From Phoronis australis (lineage: Eukaryota > Animalia > Phoronida): DNA of 64,000 bases. The DNA lies in the NCBI GenBank assembly GCA_002633005.1, contig NMRA01000057.1:527275-591274 (forward strand). The letters run 5' to 3'. Shown in pieces: positions 37,801 to 50,200 of this stretch (position 1 is the stretch's first letter; the number at the start of each line of letters is the position of its first letter). The notes beneath the pieces were generated by a model, which was given only the letters and a program-made list of their open reading frames with translations, did not search any database and was not told the origin of the DNA. The position numbers were made by a program, and so were the translations under genes.

Positions 37801-40800
37801 GTTTGTATTCACCGATGAGCGGCTTGTATGTTACTGGTATTTCAAGACAAACGTGATGTCAGAATCGGATTTACATGAAAAGGCTCAAAAAAAACCAACT
37901 TGCTATTTTGTTGACGTACTAGTTGTACAGTGGTGAAGTAGTGGCTTGTGAACACAAAGATGCCAGGATTAATCAAAGTTATACGCTGGATAAGTTTGGT
38001 TGTTGCATGCGGTCAGGTGCATTATCCAACAATAACAACGTGGAACATGATAATGTGACATTGTTACTGTGCAGTGTATTCATAACTTTTATGTAATTGG
38101 GCCCTGGTCTCCACTACTTCACAAAATGCTTTTTATTAAGAACTAAAACGGTGTTGCCATAACAGCGACCTGAATGTAGAGTTCTTGACTTAAAATATTT
38201 ACTGCTTCATAATTTGTCCAAGTCGTATAATAACGATCCGAATTGTTTCAGTGGGGAGTCGCACATTGATTGCTTTTTCACTTCTATTCTGGAAAAGCTT
38301 GATATTTTTCCTGGAGAAGCCACGGAAACGGACGTTTTGAAGCAACTGCTGATCAGCAAACTCTGGAAACTTAAAGGTAACGATCCAGAAGAATGCAGAA
38401 CTCAAGAATCATACTACTTCGCAAAATATGTAGTTCTGCCAAAACTTTTTTATGCACACAGATAATGTGGATGCATATTGTCGTGCACCCTATCTGGGCA
38501 TCCAATTGTCTGCTCGATGTTTTGGAAACCATGGGTTGAATCTTGATGAAATTTGGTGCAAAGGCCTCACCAGGGCAGTACATGCCACTGTTAGGCCTGC
38601 ACATCCACCAAGGGAGGGGGCTTTTCAGTATTTTTATGCGCCCACATTTTTCAACACTTTGCATTGCTCTGGTTGTTTTAACCTGACAAAAGGGAGGAAT
38701 TTTGGTGCAAATGTTTTGCCAAATTTGCAAAATGTCTTCATCCTGATCACTGATTCAGCAAAGGATCGGCCACTTTAGAATGAGAATTATTATTATTTGA
38801 CAATTATTGACAAAGTACAAGGGACTACTTTGGGTTTCTATGATGTTCTTTTTATCCATTTCAGAATCTAAATTCCATATGGAAACTCTGTTTGTGCTTG
38901 ACGATGTTGATGGGTTTTGTCAAGGTGAGAAGATGGCTGGGTTCTTAGATCATCTGTCTTATATTTTGAGATCTCTTGCCAATTTTAAGGTGAGTTAAGA
39001 CACTGTCAGTAAATCAGTGAAACTTATAAAGGTGTTTCAGTTCAGCTGGCTAAAAAATGAGTAGTTGAATACTTGACTTAAGCGCCATAATTTTTTTTTG
39101 AACATTTCCTTTATTATTCAATCTTGAGTTTTATCTGAATGAATTAGCAACTAACAAAAAATATTGTGTCTTTATTGTCAGATCCGACTCTCTTGTAGAC
39201 GACAACACATTGGCCCAGCTTCAGTATCTGGACTACTTTGGCGTTTTTGTTGTTTTTTGTTTAAGTTTTTTGTTACCTGCCTGACTGCCTCCCCATCTTC
39301 CAAAATAATGAACATCTCTTGTATTTGCACTATGCACGATGCTTACGGAGCATTGCTCTTATACGTAGTTTTATTGGTTCTCAGATTAAGTTTATAATCA
39401 CATCCACCAACAAGTTTCTCACAGACAACAAAGGTCAGGATGTAACATGTTCACGTCGAAAGTTTTTTGGTGGTCTCCTGTGGGAATTGGAGCTGGGCAA
39501 GTTACCAGTTGAACACTGCGTTATCATCTTGGAGAAAGAGATACACTCAACCTACAAGGTATAATGTTAATGTGGTTTGCTTAAACCTATTTGACCAGTC
39601 ACCTTTTCCAAGACTAAGAATATCTCAGTTTTGTAATATTTACAGTAATATTATCTTCTAAAATTTCAATATTGCTTTGCTTGATAAATACTCGTGTCAA
39701 TCTCCTCTCTTGGAGATTTGCAAGCACACAGACAAAAACCTTATACTGCCATTTTCAAAACCAGAGAAATCTGTTCAGCAAACATAAAATTCCATGTAAT
39801 TGTTCTTTTTTACTTTTTAGAGTGATAAATAAATTTAAAATTGCCTAAGACTTGTCTTACTTTTTCCGCTGAGTTCGGTTTTACAGATAACTTGCTGCAA
39901 GCTGTGTTTATCGTCTCAAAATCGGAAAAAGAACTGTGCCTATTTCTGAAAGACTGAACTGCTACTTGAACATGTCCGCTGCAAAACAATTATCAATCTA
40001 ACTGTGGTCAGCATTGTTAATTTGAGTAAATGAATTTTTCTGGAGGGATCACCAACTACATTCTATTAATCTTAATAATTGTTCAACAACAGATTGGATT
40101 ATCAATACCTGCTTTTTTTTTAAATTTGTTTTCAGGGTGTACTTGTGTCTACCGCAGAGTTACAAGAGCTGGCTGTACTCTGTGGACAGAACCCTTATCT
40201 GGTGACACTGGTTGGATCACGTCTCAGAGCAGGTGTCAATGAACCCAGGTCACTTATCAAGTCGCTACGCCGTAACATTTCAGAAACTGTGTTTGAGGTG
40301 GATAACTTAATTGGCGAGACCTTTGATAATCTCACCTACCGATACCAGGTAATGATGTGTCGTCTTTGCGTATTTGACTCACGGTTTCCTCTCGAGGCTG
40401 CTTGTGCTGTACTTGAAGTGGAGCCAGAAAGGCCAAACACCACGAAGACTACCCTGGATGTTCTAGAACATCTGAGGAATTTACGTGCAAAACACCTTTT
40501 GGAGTTAGATGTTTCTCATCATGTAAAAGACTCTGATGCTTCCGAAACCAGTCATCTAAAGAGCTATTCAGTCTATGTCCCAAGTATCATCAGAACGTAT
40601 ATCCAGGGCATCAGTAAAACTGAGAGATTCCAGAGGGATGAAGTGTCGGCCAAGTGTCTCCATAAACTCTTCTTTCAGAGGCTCGTGGAACAGATGGCCA
40701 ATCAGACATACCCATATGCCATGGCGCAAATGTTCAGTAATCACGGAAGCATCTGCGCAGCGTTGTTGGATTTGAGCTCTGCGTATCTTGGGGATATTTC

Positions 40801-43800
40801 AGACAAGGAACAGTTTCTCAGCTCCTTGCGAATGTTCTGTTTCCTGGCTCAACCGACCATTTTCCGGAAAGACGAAGATCGGTTGCTCCTGTTCGGTCGT
40901 TTTCTGGAACGAGCACAAGCTTTGAAAGAGCCACTCTGGTGCATCCTATCCAAACTTTTTATAGCTCAACTTCATTACGATTACATAGACAGTGTTAACG
41001 GACACAAACAATCAGAAAAAATCTTGCAAGATATTGAGCCTGAACTGAAAGAAATAGAAAGGAATTATCCTATGTCCGTGGATTCACCAGGGACAAAGCG
41101 TACGGGTCCACTTTTGCTTCATGGATATTACTGTCTAGTAAAAGGTCAGGTGCTTGAGTGTCAAGAAAAGTACTCGGATGAGTGCAAGTTTCTTAAGAAA
41201 GGACTAAGGATATTTCATAAGTACTCCAACAAGGACCTTGTCATAGTCAGGTTCTATAATCAGCTCGGACTTGCTGCGAAAAGTCAAGGCATGTTGGACA
41301 AAGCGAAGGAATACTACGATGCTGCTTATAAAGCAATTGTCAAGAGTCTTGGTGACGTTAACCATCCTCTGAAGGCAACAGTTCTAGGTAATTATGGTGC
41401 AATTTATCATCGCTTGGCACGTCAGCAAAAAGGAAACGATGCCTGTCGTGAGGACTTCTTCAACTGTGCCTCGAAGTTTTACACCGAGGCTAGCAAAACC
41501 TTCAAGTCTCTTTACATGATGCATACAAGCAGGTCATTATCACTTCTCAATAACTTGTCAAGGTTGCATCTTGAGCAAAGGCAGTATGGTGAAGCTTTGT
41601 TTCCAGCACTTGATGCAAGGGAGGTAGCAATGACCTTCAGGATGAGTGATCCAATCGCTCAAATCCATGCTCTTCTGTCTCTAGCACATGTCTTCCAAAA
41701 GGTGGCAGCAATGAATAAGAGACAAGGTAATGAAACATTTTTTTGCTTTTTTGAAGTGACTACAATCATAAGTTATTGTGTGTTGACGATTCATGTGATA
41801 TATTTTCACCATCTTGAACTTGTCTTAATAGCACCGTATATCACATATATTTAATTCCAGTTTCGTAAAAAATTAATGAAAGATCACTGGCCTCCTGTTT
41901 TTTAAAGACGTTTTGAGATGACAGAGATACCGTTTATTTATTCTGCTATGCAATATACATGTTTGTACCAGTAGTTATTTTATTGAAATTTGCGGTACGC
42001 AAATTACTGATAACCATTTAAACGAAGATTTTTTCAAGAAGCGAGTTTACGCGGATTGCTCTCCGTTTTCGTCAGTGTTGTTTTTCATAAAATATTATAA
42101 ATGTTTTTGTAAATTTCATGTTTTAACGCTGTCGCACAGAATAAGTGCATTACTTTTGACATTGTGCTTGAGACTGTATATAGATTCATCTTCAATACTG
42201 TAATTGACATGAGCATGCAAACACCACGTCAGATCAAGTGGCAATTGAAAGTTTCTTTATCGTATAAACATGAAGATAAGGCTGTGAGACAATGGAACAG
42301 ATGCAAAGGAATTCCTTTTCAATATCATGCGTGTTTGATATGGAAATGGGGAAGATTCCTCAAATTTTCCCATGAAGGTGTTGTTAAGTTTTAAAAAAAC
42401 TTTTAACAAGATCTTTACAGTCACATGGTCTTGGTCTGTAATGCTGCAGGATATTCTAAGTAATCCCTGGTTAAAACAAAGCTGCCCACGGGTAACTAGG
42501 TCGCAAGTTCGTGGCACAGATATCGATAGATAGGTAATATCCATTGTTCAATTTGTTCGTCTTTCTTATAATAAAGATAGTGGCAAGCATTTATTGGTAA
42601 CAGGCTGATGTGTGCCCAAGGTACGATATCCATGCGATCTGTACTGTTATGTCCAATAAAGACACAGCAAAGGAAAATGATGGAAGTGTCCCATAGGTGA
42701 TAACCATGCGACGCGCTTACGCATGTCGCATAGATCTCGCAAATTAAAAAGTACCTTGCGACGTGTATGCAACGTCATTTGGCATGTGTGATAATTAAAA
42801 ATAAAGTGTCAACTGGCAGTTGTTTGTCATTCTAGGTAATAGTTTCATGGATTATTACAAAAAGGCTGAACAAGAGTATGAAACCGTGTTGGAAATTTGC
42901 CAGGAAAAGAGGCTAGTAGCAGAAGATGTGGGTAAAGGGGATGAGTTGAAGAGCCGATACTGGTCGATGTTGTGCGATTACCCTGAGATGCTGAAAAAGA
43001 GGTTGAATAAGCAGAGCAAATCCAGTAAAGTATTTGATATGATTCAGGTACAGCATATTGTGGGTAGTCTTTGTGTGTGTTCTGATCGTTTCACTTGTTG
43101 ACATGTTAAGCATATTCTGTTGGTATTTTGTTGCCTAGTAAATGCAAAATTTAAGTTTGTTAACAGTATTCACAAATGAGTATTTTGACCAGTTGTGTAT
43201 ACACATCATAAGAGTGTTTGTAGTAAACCTGCATGGATATGTTACTTTTTTGGAAGACCCTGGTGAGACCTCGAGTGGCCTGCGCCATGCCTTAGTTCTA
43301 TGTGTCTGGGTATGATCTCCTAACTCTTACCCTGGTTGATTTTCTTTTATTTTCTTGCAAACAGGAATTCTTTGATCATCTGTTCTCAGAAAACTGCTTG
43401 TGCCACTTAGACAGAAGTACCCGATGGGTTAAGAACTTGCAGTTTATGCATCACAACTGTGCATTTTAGAGACTCGAAGAAGGATGCCCCCTGGTGGGGA
43501 GTGATGACTCGAGCAGTGCTGATCTGTCGGACAGCGGGGAATCGACTAGTGACCACCATCTCTCTGGTGAGCTACATGATCCACATCACACTTTATAATT
43601 CTACAGGACTTATATATACTCCAGCTTTTCATTTCAATCTTTGTCTGTTGCTGGTCATACTCACACCGACTCATTGATTGTTGTTGTGTGTCCACAAACT
43701 TGTATTGAATTTGCTGTCATCTCAAATAGGCGTCTGAGCATCCGCCATCTGTTGCTGTATCTCCAAACTCCTTGGAGGATGTTCGTAAAAGTTGGTACAT

Positions 43801-46800
43801 GTGTTCAAATGGAAATGACAAGGGAAGATGATGATTTTCGAACAGGCTTGACTACCGTTGTTCCCCCATGTGACGGTGGTGCAAAACACGTCAAATCCAT
43901 CCAAAAATAAGATGGCACCGTTATCTCCTTAATAAAAACCTTTGTTTGCCAACTTCTTGAAAATGCGTCAAGGGAATCCAACGATACAGATGCAAAAAAT
44001 TAATTTAAAGTACTAAATTAGTATTTACATTCGCATCTGTATCTTTCGAGTCCTTTGGATTTTCCTGAAATTAGGAAATTAGCCAATGAGGTTTCTATTG
44101 AAGAGATGAATTTGAGGTATTCTGTGCCACCTGGTGGCCATTCACAAGAATTTTGAATACATTTTTAATGTCTGCATCCCTATACACCAAACCACTCAAA
44201 GGATCATTATGAACATTCTTGGTAGATGAAAGACCTCGAGTCAGCTGACGTTGATTTTCTGGTGTCCCCTATTGGCAGTTTTATTTTTTGCATCCATGGT
44301 TGTATCTCCATAAGCCTTTGCAGGATCTTTGTGAATTTTGGCAGATGTGATCCTGTGGAGATGGCAATTGATGACAACAAATTTTAGACCAACCCAATAA
44401 CAGCTGTGCCCTCTAGTGGCAGTTTTATTTTGTATGTTTGCCTCTGTATCTCTGGAATTCCTTGGTGGATTTTCATGAAATTTGGCAAATAGTTTTGTAT
44501 TAGAAAGACCATGATGGATTTCCAATTTTGGATGGGTTCAATGTATTTTGCGCCATCTCATGGCTATTTGTCATACTAAAAACACCTCTAGAAACACACC
44601 ATTTGTGGTGCAGCCATGAGTGCTTTTCAATGCCCTATGTTGGTCTTGTTATTATTTACAAGATTCTGCAAGGTATTTGTGAAATTTGGAACGAATTAGC
44701 CATGCTTTAGGTCAATAATTGAACTTCTAAACTAACTGCCCAGTACATATATATGCTCATAGTGGTGAATAGTGGCTTGTACGAATAATGTGTAAATGGA
44801 ACGTGTACCCTTTATAGGACTTGTCCTATGATTATTAAGTATTTGCCATACTTTATACACAAGTATTAATGAATAATTGCATCTATTGTTTAAAAATATT
44901 ACTGTGCTCATCAGATCTTGAGATGTTGGCAAAAGAGATGGCAACTCAAGTCACAGGCCCTTTTTGAATTGACACTTTAGAGTTGGCCAATAAACCGAAG
45001 CGTTTTTTGGAGTCGCTGATGGCTTAGAGGTTGTTCTTGGTAAACGGAAATAGAATCCGATCATTATAAGGAATATTGTGAGACGGATTTCATGAGATTA
45101 AAAGACCTAAATCCATTTTTAACCACCTTAACAGGGCAAAGTTTGTCTTTAAATCAAATGATTTTAGATATAAAAGTTGCTACAAGCCCACCTTCTGGAC
45201 CAAAAAACTTTTATTTCAATCTCTTATCATTGGTTTTAAATTGTTTGTTAGTAAATATAGGTGTAATTTCTGGGCCTTTAAACCCATGGCAGTTTGTTAT
45301 TGCTCGTTATTGACTACCAGTTGCCTTATCACGGCGCGTTACTTTATTTGCCGAGCATGATCTCGAGTGACAACCGACTGTCTGTTCTTAGCAAGACCTA
45401 AAATCACGTCACGTCCGAGTACTAAACAAAATGAGACCAGCGGTAGGTGGTTAAAGTAAAAAATTATTTTTGGACAGAACGCAGGTTTATTGCAGCTTTG
45501 AGTATGCATTGCAAGGAAATAGTGCAAAAGAGACAATATAAAACACTATTATAATAATTTTGTCGTCTGTGGCGCCCTCTTCTGGTGACCAATATTTTGA
45601 TGTTGTTTTCAAACAGGCGCCGATGAAATTATGGGAGATAACAATGTCAAACTAGGACACATCAAGCTGGATTCAGGTAGAGCTAAGAACATTTCATTTT
45701 TTAGTGTAAATTGTTGTAAAATATTAATTGAGTTGAAAATTCTGAGCTTAATCATTATATTATTTACTTTATGAAGGATGATTTCCTAATCTGTTTGTTG
45801 TCTGCTTCTCACAGTTGAAGATAACTCCCCCTTGATGAACCGTGGTGCTTGTCCTAAACGTGGCCAAGAGGAACAATATTCTGGTAATTGCAATTAGTGC
45901 AAAGGATAGATTTAAGAAAAAATAAGATTTACATAACTTAAGTAGTTTAAAGGCACATTTTTTACCTTTAACAACTTTATTTTTAAAAATTATGGCTCGG
46001 GATGTTCTATACCTGTGAGATGAAGGTCTATAGATGGTGGAAACATGAGACTAACCATGTGTTCTTTAATTAAACATTTCTTAACATGTCCAATGACATC
46101 ATTACCAGACAGACAACACAAGCAGACATGGGTAGGGTCCATATCAGTAAATGACAGCCAGATGATGATACAGATGTCAACACGTGTTATTTTTGTGTTG
46201 TGTTTCAACTTTGGGGATTGGCCTGAGACTTTTATCTGGGAATGATTTTAGTAGATAGCATGCTGTTTGCATGCAGAGTTCATGATATTGTGAGTGGTCA
46301 AAATCATCTGGTCATAAGTTATATGAACACGGAATTTTTAAATTAAAGTTGGGGAAAGTCCTGGGGTTCACCTGCAAGTTTCATAAACCAGCGACAACTT
46401 AAAAATGTCATGGAAAGAATCCTAATCTGACACTCTTTCCACTTTAGTTTGGGCATCTCGACCAATTCGCTAACCTTAAAATTAGCCTCTATCTCAAAAG
46501 AAACTACCCAGGGTCAGCTTATGTTATCCTTCTCTATAGATTAACTTGGGTAATCGGGTATTAAATTGACAATTACAAGTATAGTTGTAGTAAACACTGG
46601 GGGGCGACAATAGTATTTTTCAAGTTTTTATTTCTATTTAAATAGCATAGATGTATGGTTTGGTTTCTGAATTTTGAAAATTGGACAAGATGGGTGACTT
46701 CAATATAAACCTAAAAATAGAAAGTAGCTCACAGTTCTGCTTCATTAGTTCTGCGGGGGCGCAACATAATAGGTCAATTTCCAAAGTGTCATTAACCAGC

Positions 46801-47289
46801 AGTTGAAATTGAGAAGAGCCAAACTCTGCCATTGTACAGTTCTGGACTTGTTTCTTTAAAAATCCCGTACATCTCTGGTCAAAAATTTTCCTTATAGGAT
46901 GGGTGAGACTCGAAACCATGGTAGTGTGGTTAGTTTGAAGAACACGAAGCTTGTCAGCTGTGGCACAGGTCTAAAGAGTTCATATTTCTTTATTGTATAT
47001 TGTATATTGTATTATGCTAATAGCTGAGCAGGATTTTCATATTTCACAACTTGTCTATCGTACTGTGCTCGCACTGAAGGTAAAATGTCAAATGTATCTT
47101 TTTCTAACTCTTGGTAATCTTTTCACCCATTGTACCCCATCAAAATCCATTCATTTTGTGGCTTATTTTGTAGCTAATGAAGCTTTGCCCTTAAAAGTCC
47201 CCCGTCTTGACTATGGTGTAGACAATGATCCTTCGATGGAGAGCGTCAGCAGTACTGAAGACCGTAAAGACCAACAGATGGCAGGATAG
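34835..47289 (+). CDS. STAND-class NTPase (NB-ARC) with DED-like N-terminus, winged-helix region, TPR repeats and acidic tail; NLR/APAF1-like
   Basis: In-frame exons 34835-35297, 36192-36300, 38252-38376, 38865-38989, 39385-39558, 40136-41726, 42836-43047, 43365-43427, 43470-43566, 45617-45676, 45815-45883 and 47174-47289 (the last five are less certain). Motifs: IIGREED; Walker A GMPGIGKTSLA; Walker B LFVLDDVD; sensor-1 FIITST; GxP-like LCGQNPYLV; LCVFDSRFPLEAA; TPRs such as FYNQLGLAAKSQGMLDKAKEYYDAA, VLGNYGAIY and LLNNLSRLHLEQRQYGEAL. Confidence 0.88.
35585..35814. mobile_element. MITE of the CAG(T/G)GGCGGATC..GATCCGCC(A/C)CTG type
   Basis: Begins cagaggtgggtcta and ends tagatctgccacactg, with G/C-run subterminal motifs like the copies at 52.9, 58.4, 58.6 and 63.7 kb. 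Confidence 0.5.
36650..36830. repeat. Degenerate minisatellite, 3-4 copies of ~45-55 bp
   Basis: Recurring aagtta(g/a)gtcaagt..cc(c/t)t(a/g)aa(a/g)..agaggtg. Confidence 0.7.
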
Positions 47290-50200
47290 TAATGCGCAAC
47301 TAAACCGGGTGTGGTAACTTTGTGAGGCTGTTCAGTGATAGGGGTCATGTAGGGATGCGTTCCGTAGATACAAGAAGTAAATTGCAAAGCACTGGCGGTG
47401 AGAAATTTTGGCTCATGCAATGGAAACCATGAATTCTTTAATATATTCAACATTCTGACCTCAGCGACTAATCTCGTCAGTGTCCGCCATTTTGCGCTGG
47501 TGAGGACCAGAACATACAATGCCTTTCACCCTTGTGGTCTTGCATGATCTTAATTTTTTGTAACATACTTGCATCTAGGAAACGCTCCCCGGTAAAGAGG
47601 GCCATTGCTAACTAGGATTTGTGAATTTCAGAGAGCATGTAGTTAGCACAGCCTTTCTGAAGAAGGTGATCACATCTTAAAATTTTTGTTACTTAGTACT
47701 CAGGAATAGTCTATGAGAGGAAATGCGAAGCTCTTTCAAATTTAGTAATTTTTGATAAGTCTTGAAACTAAACATGTTTTTGTAACTGAATTATTTATTT
47801 TGGGCTCTTTTTCATGACTACTACAATTCTGTCAAACTGCTTTTCTAAGAAAAGTACTTTAATTTGTTGAGATTTTCGAGGAATACTATATTACTATGTG
47901 CTGTTTAAAACGGCATCTGTTTTTCTTCCTTATCATGGTATATTTTATAAAATGGAAAGCTATTTTGATATGATTTTGTAAAATTGTTTCCAATCATGAA
48001 GATCTTTTCAAAAGAGTTGATGTTTTTTTTCAAAATTAATCTGGTTTGTTGACATCAAAACAAAATCAGATGAAACATACTGTAAAAACTGAAAAAATTT
48101 GACTCAAAAAATGTGTTTTTGCCTGTAAGAAGCAAAATAATGATTATTTTCATCTTTTCTTGAAAACTACCGGATTGTGCTTTTTTGACACAACAGTCAG
48201 CTGCCTAGAAGCTCTTCAAAATGAAAAAAGGACAATTTTAGCATTTATTTGTTTTCCAAAATTGATGCAGCAGTTCGTTTAATAAGCCTTTTGTTGAATG
48301 ATGTTAGTAATTGATTTGACATGTCTTGATTTGCAGTAACATAATTATCCTTAGCCCAGAATCTGATCTCTGTACTGTAAAGTGGGCATAGAAATTAACC
48401 AATTGCATGGCACACTTCAATTTAACTTACAAATTTGGGCTCAAATAATGCGATGTGATTGTTTAAGTATTGAGTCTGAGTTGAGTCTGAATTTGGAGAT
48501 TAGATTGTGGGCCCGTACGTATGTTCTGACCTCACGAACTTTTGTATCACATAATGATGATAGATGGTATGATTTTGTAGTTATTCAAACTGATTTTATT
48601 GTACTTTGTTGTTGTGGTGAATTTCCCTAGTAGAACATGCCCTCCTGTGTTCTACTGATAGTATTATAAACTAAGGATTAGGTACAGCGAAGCTGTTTTG
48701 TTTTCTGTTTTAGCAGACTCCACGCATCTCAGTTTCCATTTTAGTTGAAGCCCTGGCTTGCACATAAATTGCGGGTTAGATTCTGATTGGCTGTATAATG
48801 ACTTTTGTGTTCAAGTGCAAGTCACACTTGTTTGTGTTGTGCAAATCTGCTGTGTAACAGATCATGTAGTTTCTCAGAGTTTGTCTTGGTATTTTCAAAG
48901 TTTTATTTTATGAAAACGTAGCCATGAATTTCCATCACATCCATTTCAGTTTGAATTTGAATACCTTAAGTATGTGATATTGGTTTGCGAAGTTGCCAAG
49001 TTCATGTTGCTAGCCTTGGTAAAAGGCTGGCAAAGGCTTTGCATTTTATGTTCGAGTGCTATACAGGTTGTTTTTGTATATTATCGCCATCTCTCTGGCC
49101 GTCTGTTCTCACATTTACCAAACTGCTTAAGAATTCTTTATGAAATTTGTTAGCCATATTCCTTCTCTAAAGGATCTGCTCTGCCAATGTTTTGAAGGGA
49201 TCTTACTTCTGTTGTGTCCCCTTGTGGCAATTTTAGATTTTTTTACACTTGCATTTTTGCATTAGTTTCTGCCAAGGCGGGTGACAGATCTTTATAAAAC
49301 CTAGTAGATATGTTTGTATCAAGGAGCGAAAGTCACCTGCCAATGTCCAGACTGCCGTCATGTTGTGCTCTTTTAGTGATGTTTTTAGTACTTTGGTTGT
49401 TGTCAGGGTGCCCCCGTGAGGAAGTTTTGCCTCATTTTTGCGTCTGCCTCCGTAACTACCAAGCATGATGTGTTAGTATAAAATAGAAGACTAGTACTGC
49501 CAGACATATCCTGTGCCCACAAGTGGCAGTTTTAGTACTTTGTTTAAATTTTTGTCTGTCGCCTTTCTATTGGTTTGAGGAATTGTCACGAAATCTACAA
49601 AATGTGTTTCTAGTGACGGAAACCAGGCTAACATTGATTTTTGGACTGTTGTTATGTCGCCCTAGTGTCAGTATTAATTTTTTTGTTTGTTTCGAAATTT
49701 GGCACATGAGATTTCCCAATGTGACTAGCATACTACTCTCGGTAGAATCAATGCGAAGTCGACTAGTATTTCTCTTGTCAGGCCTGGAAATGTTTAGAAT
49801 AATTAGCACCCATTATACTTTTGCCTTTTGGGATGCACAGGATGCACGCATTTCAACACACTGTGTTGCTCGTGTGATGTATGATGAGTTTATTTTTGTA
49901 TCTTAAGGTTCCAGTATTAAATGTGTATTAAGGTGCATGAGTATTAAGGTATTGTATTTCACCTTGTGGATATTTGGTCAGTTTGGAGTGAAGTTTAAGA
50001 TTTGTTTCACATGAGTGCTGTGCGTGCCTTTCTTATCTTTTTTTGAAAGAAAAATAAAAGCACTTTGTATTATGTGAAGTATTTTCATTTGGTTACTTTT
50101 AATACATTTTTGATTCAGTTGTTGACCACGACATAAAAAAGGTATACAATTGACAAGTGGGAGCTTCAATGCACGTGGAATCTTGTGGATAACACAATAA

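Noticed and set aside
41727-41854. Hydrophobic C-terminus of the 569-aa ORF as a transmembrane anchor
   Set aside because: Lies after the GTAAT donor at 41727; the reading frame continues in exon 42836-43047.
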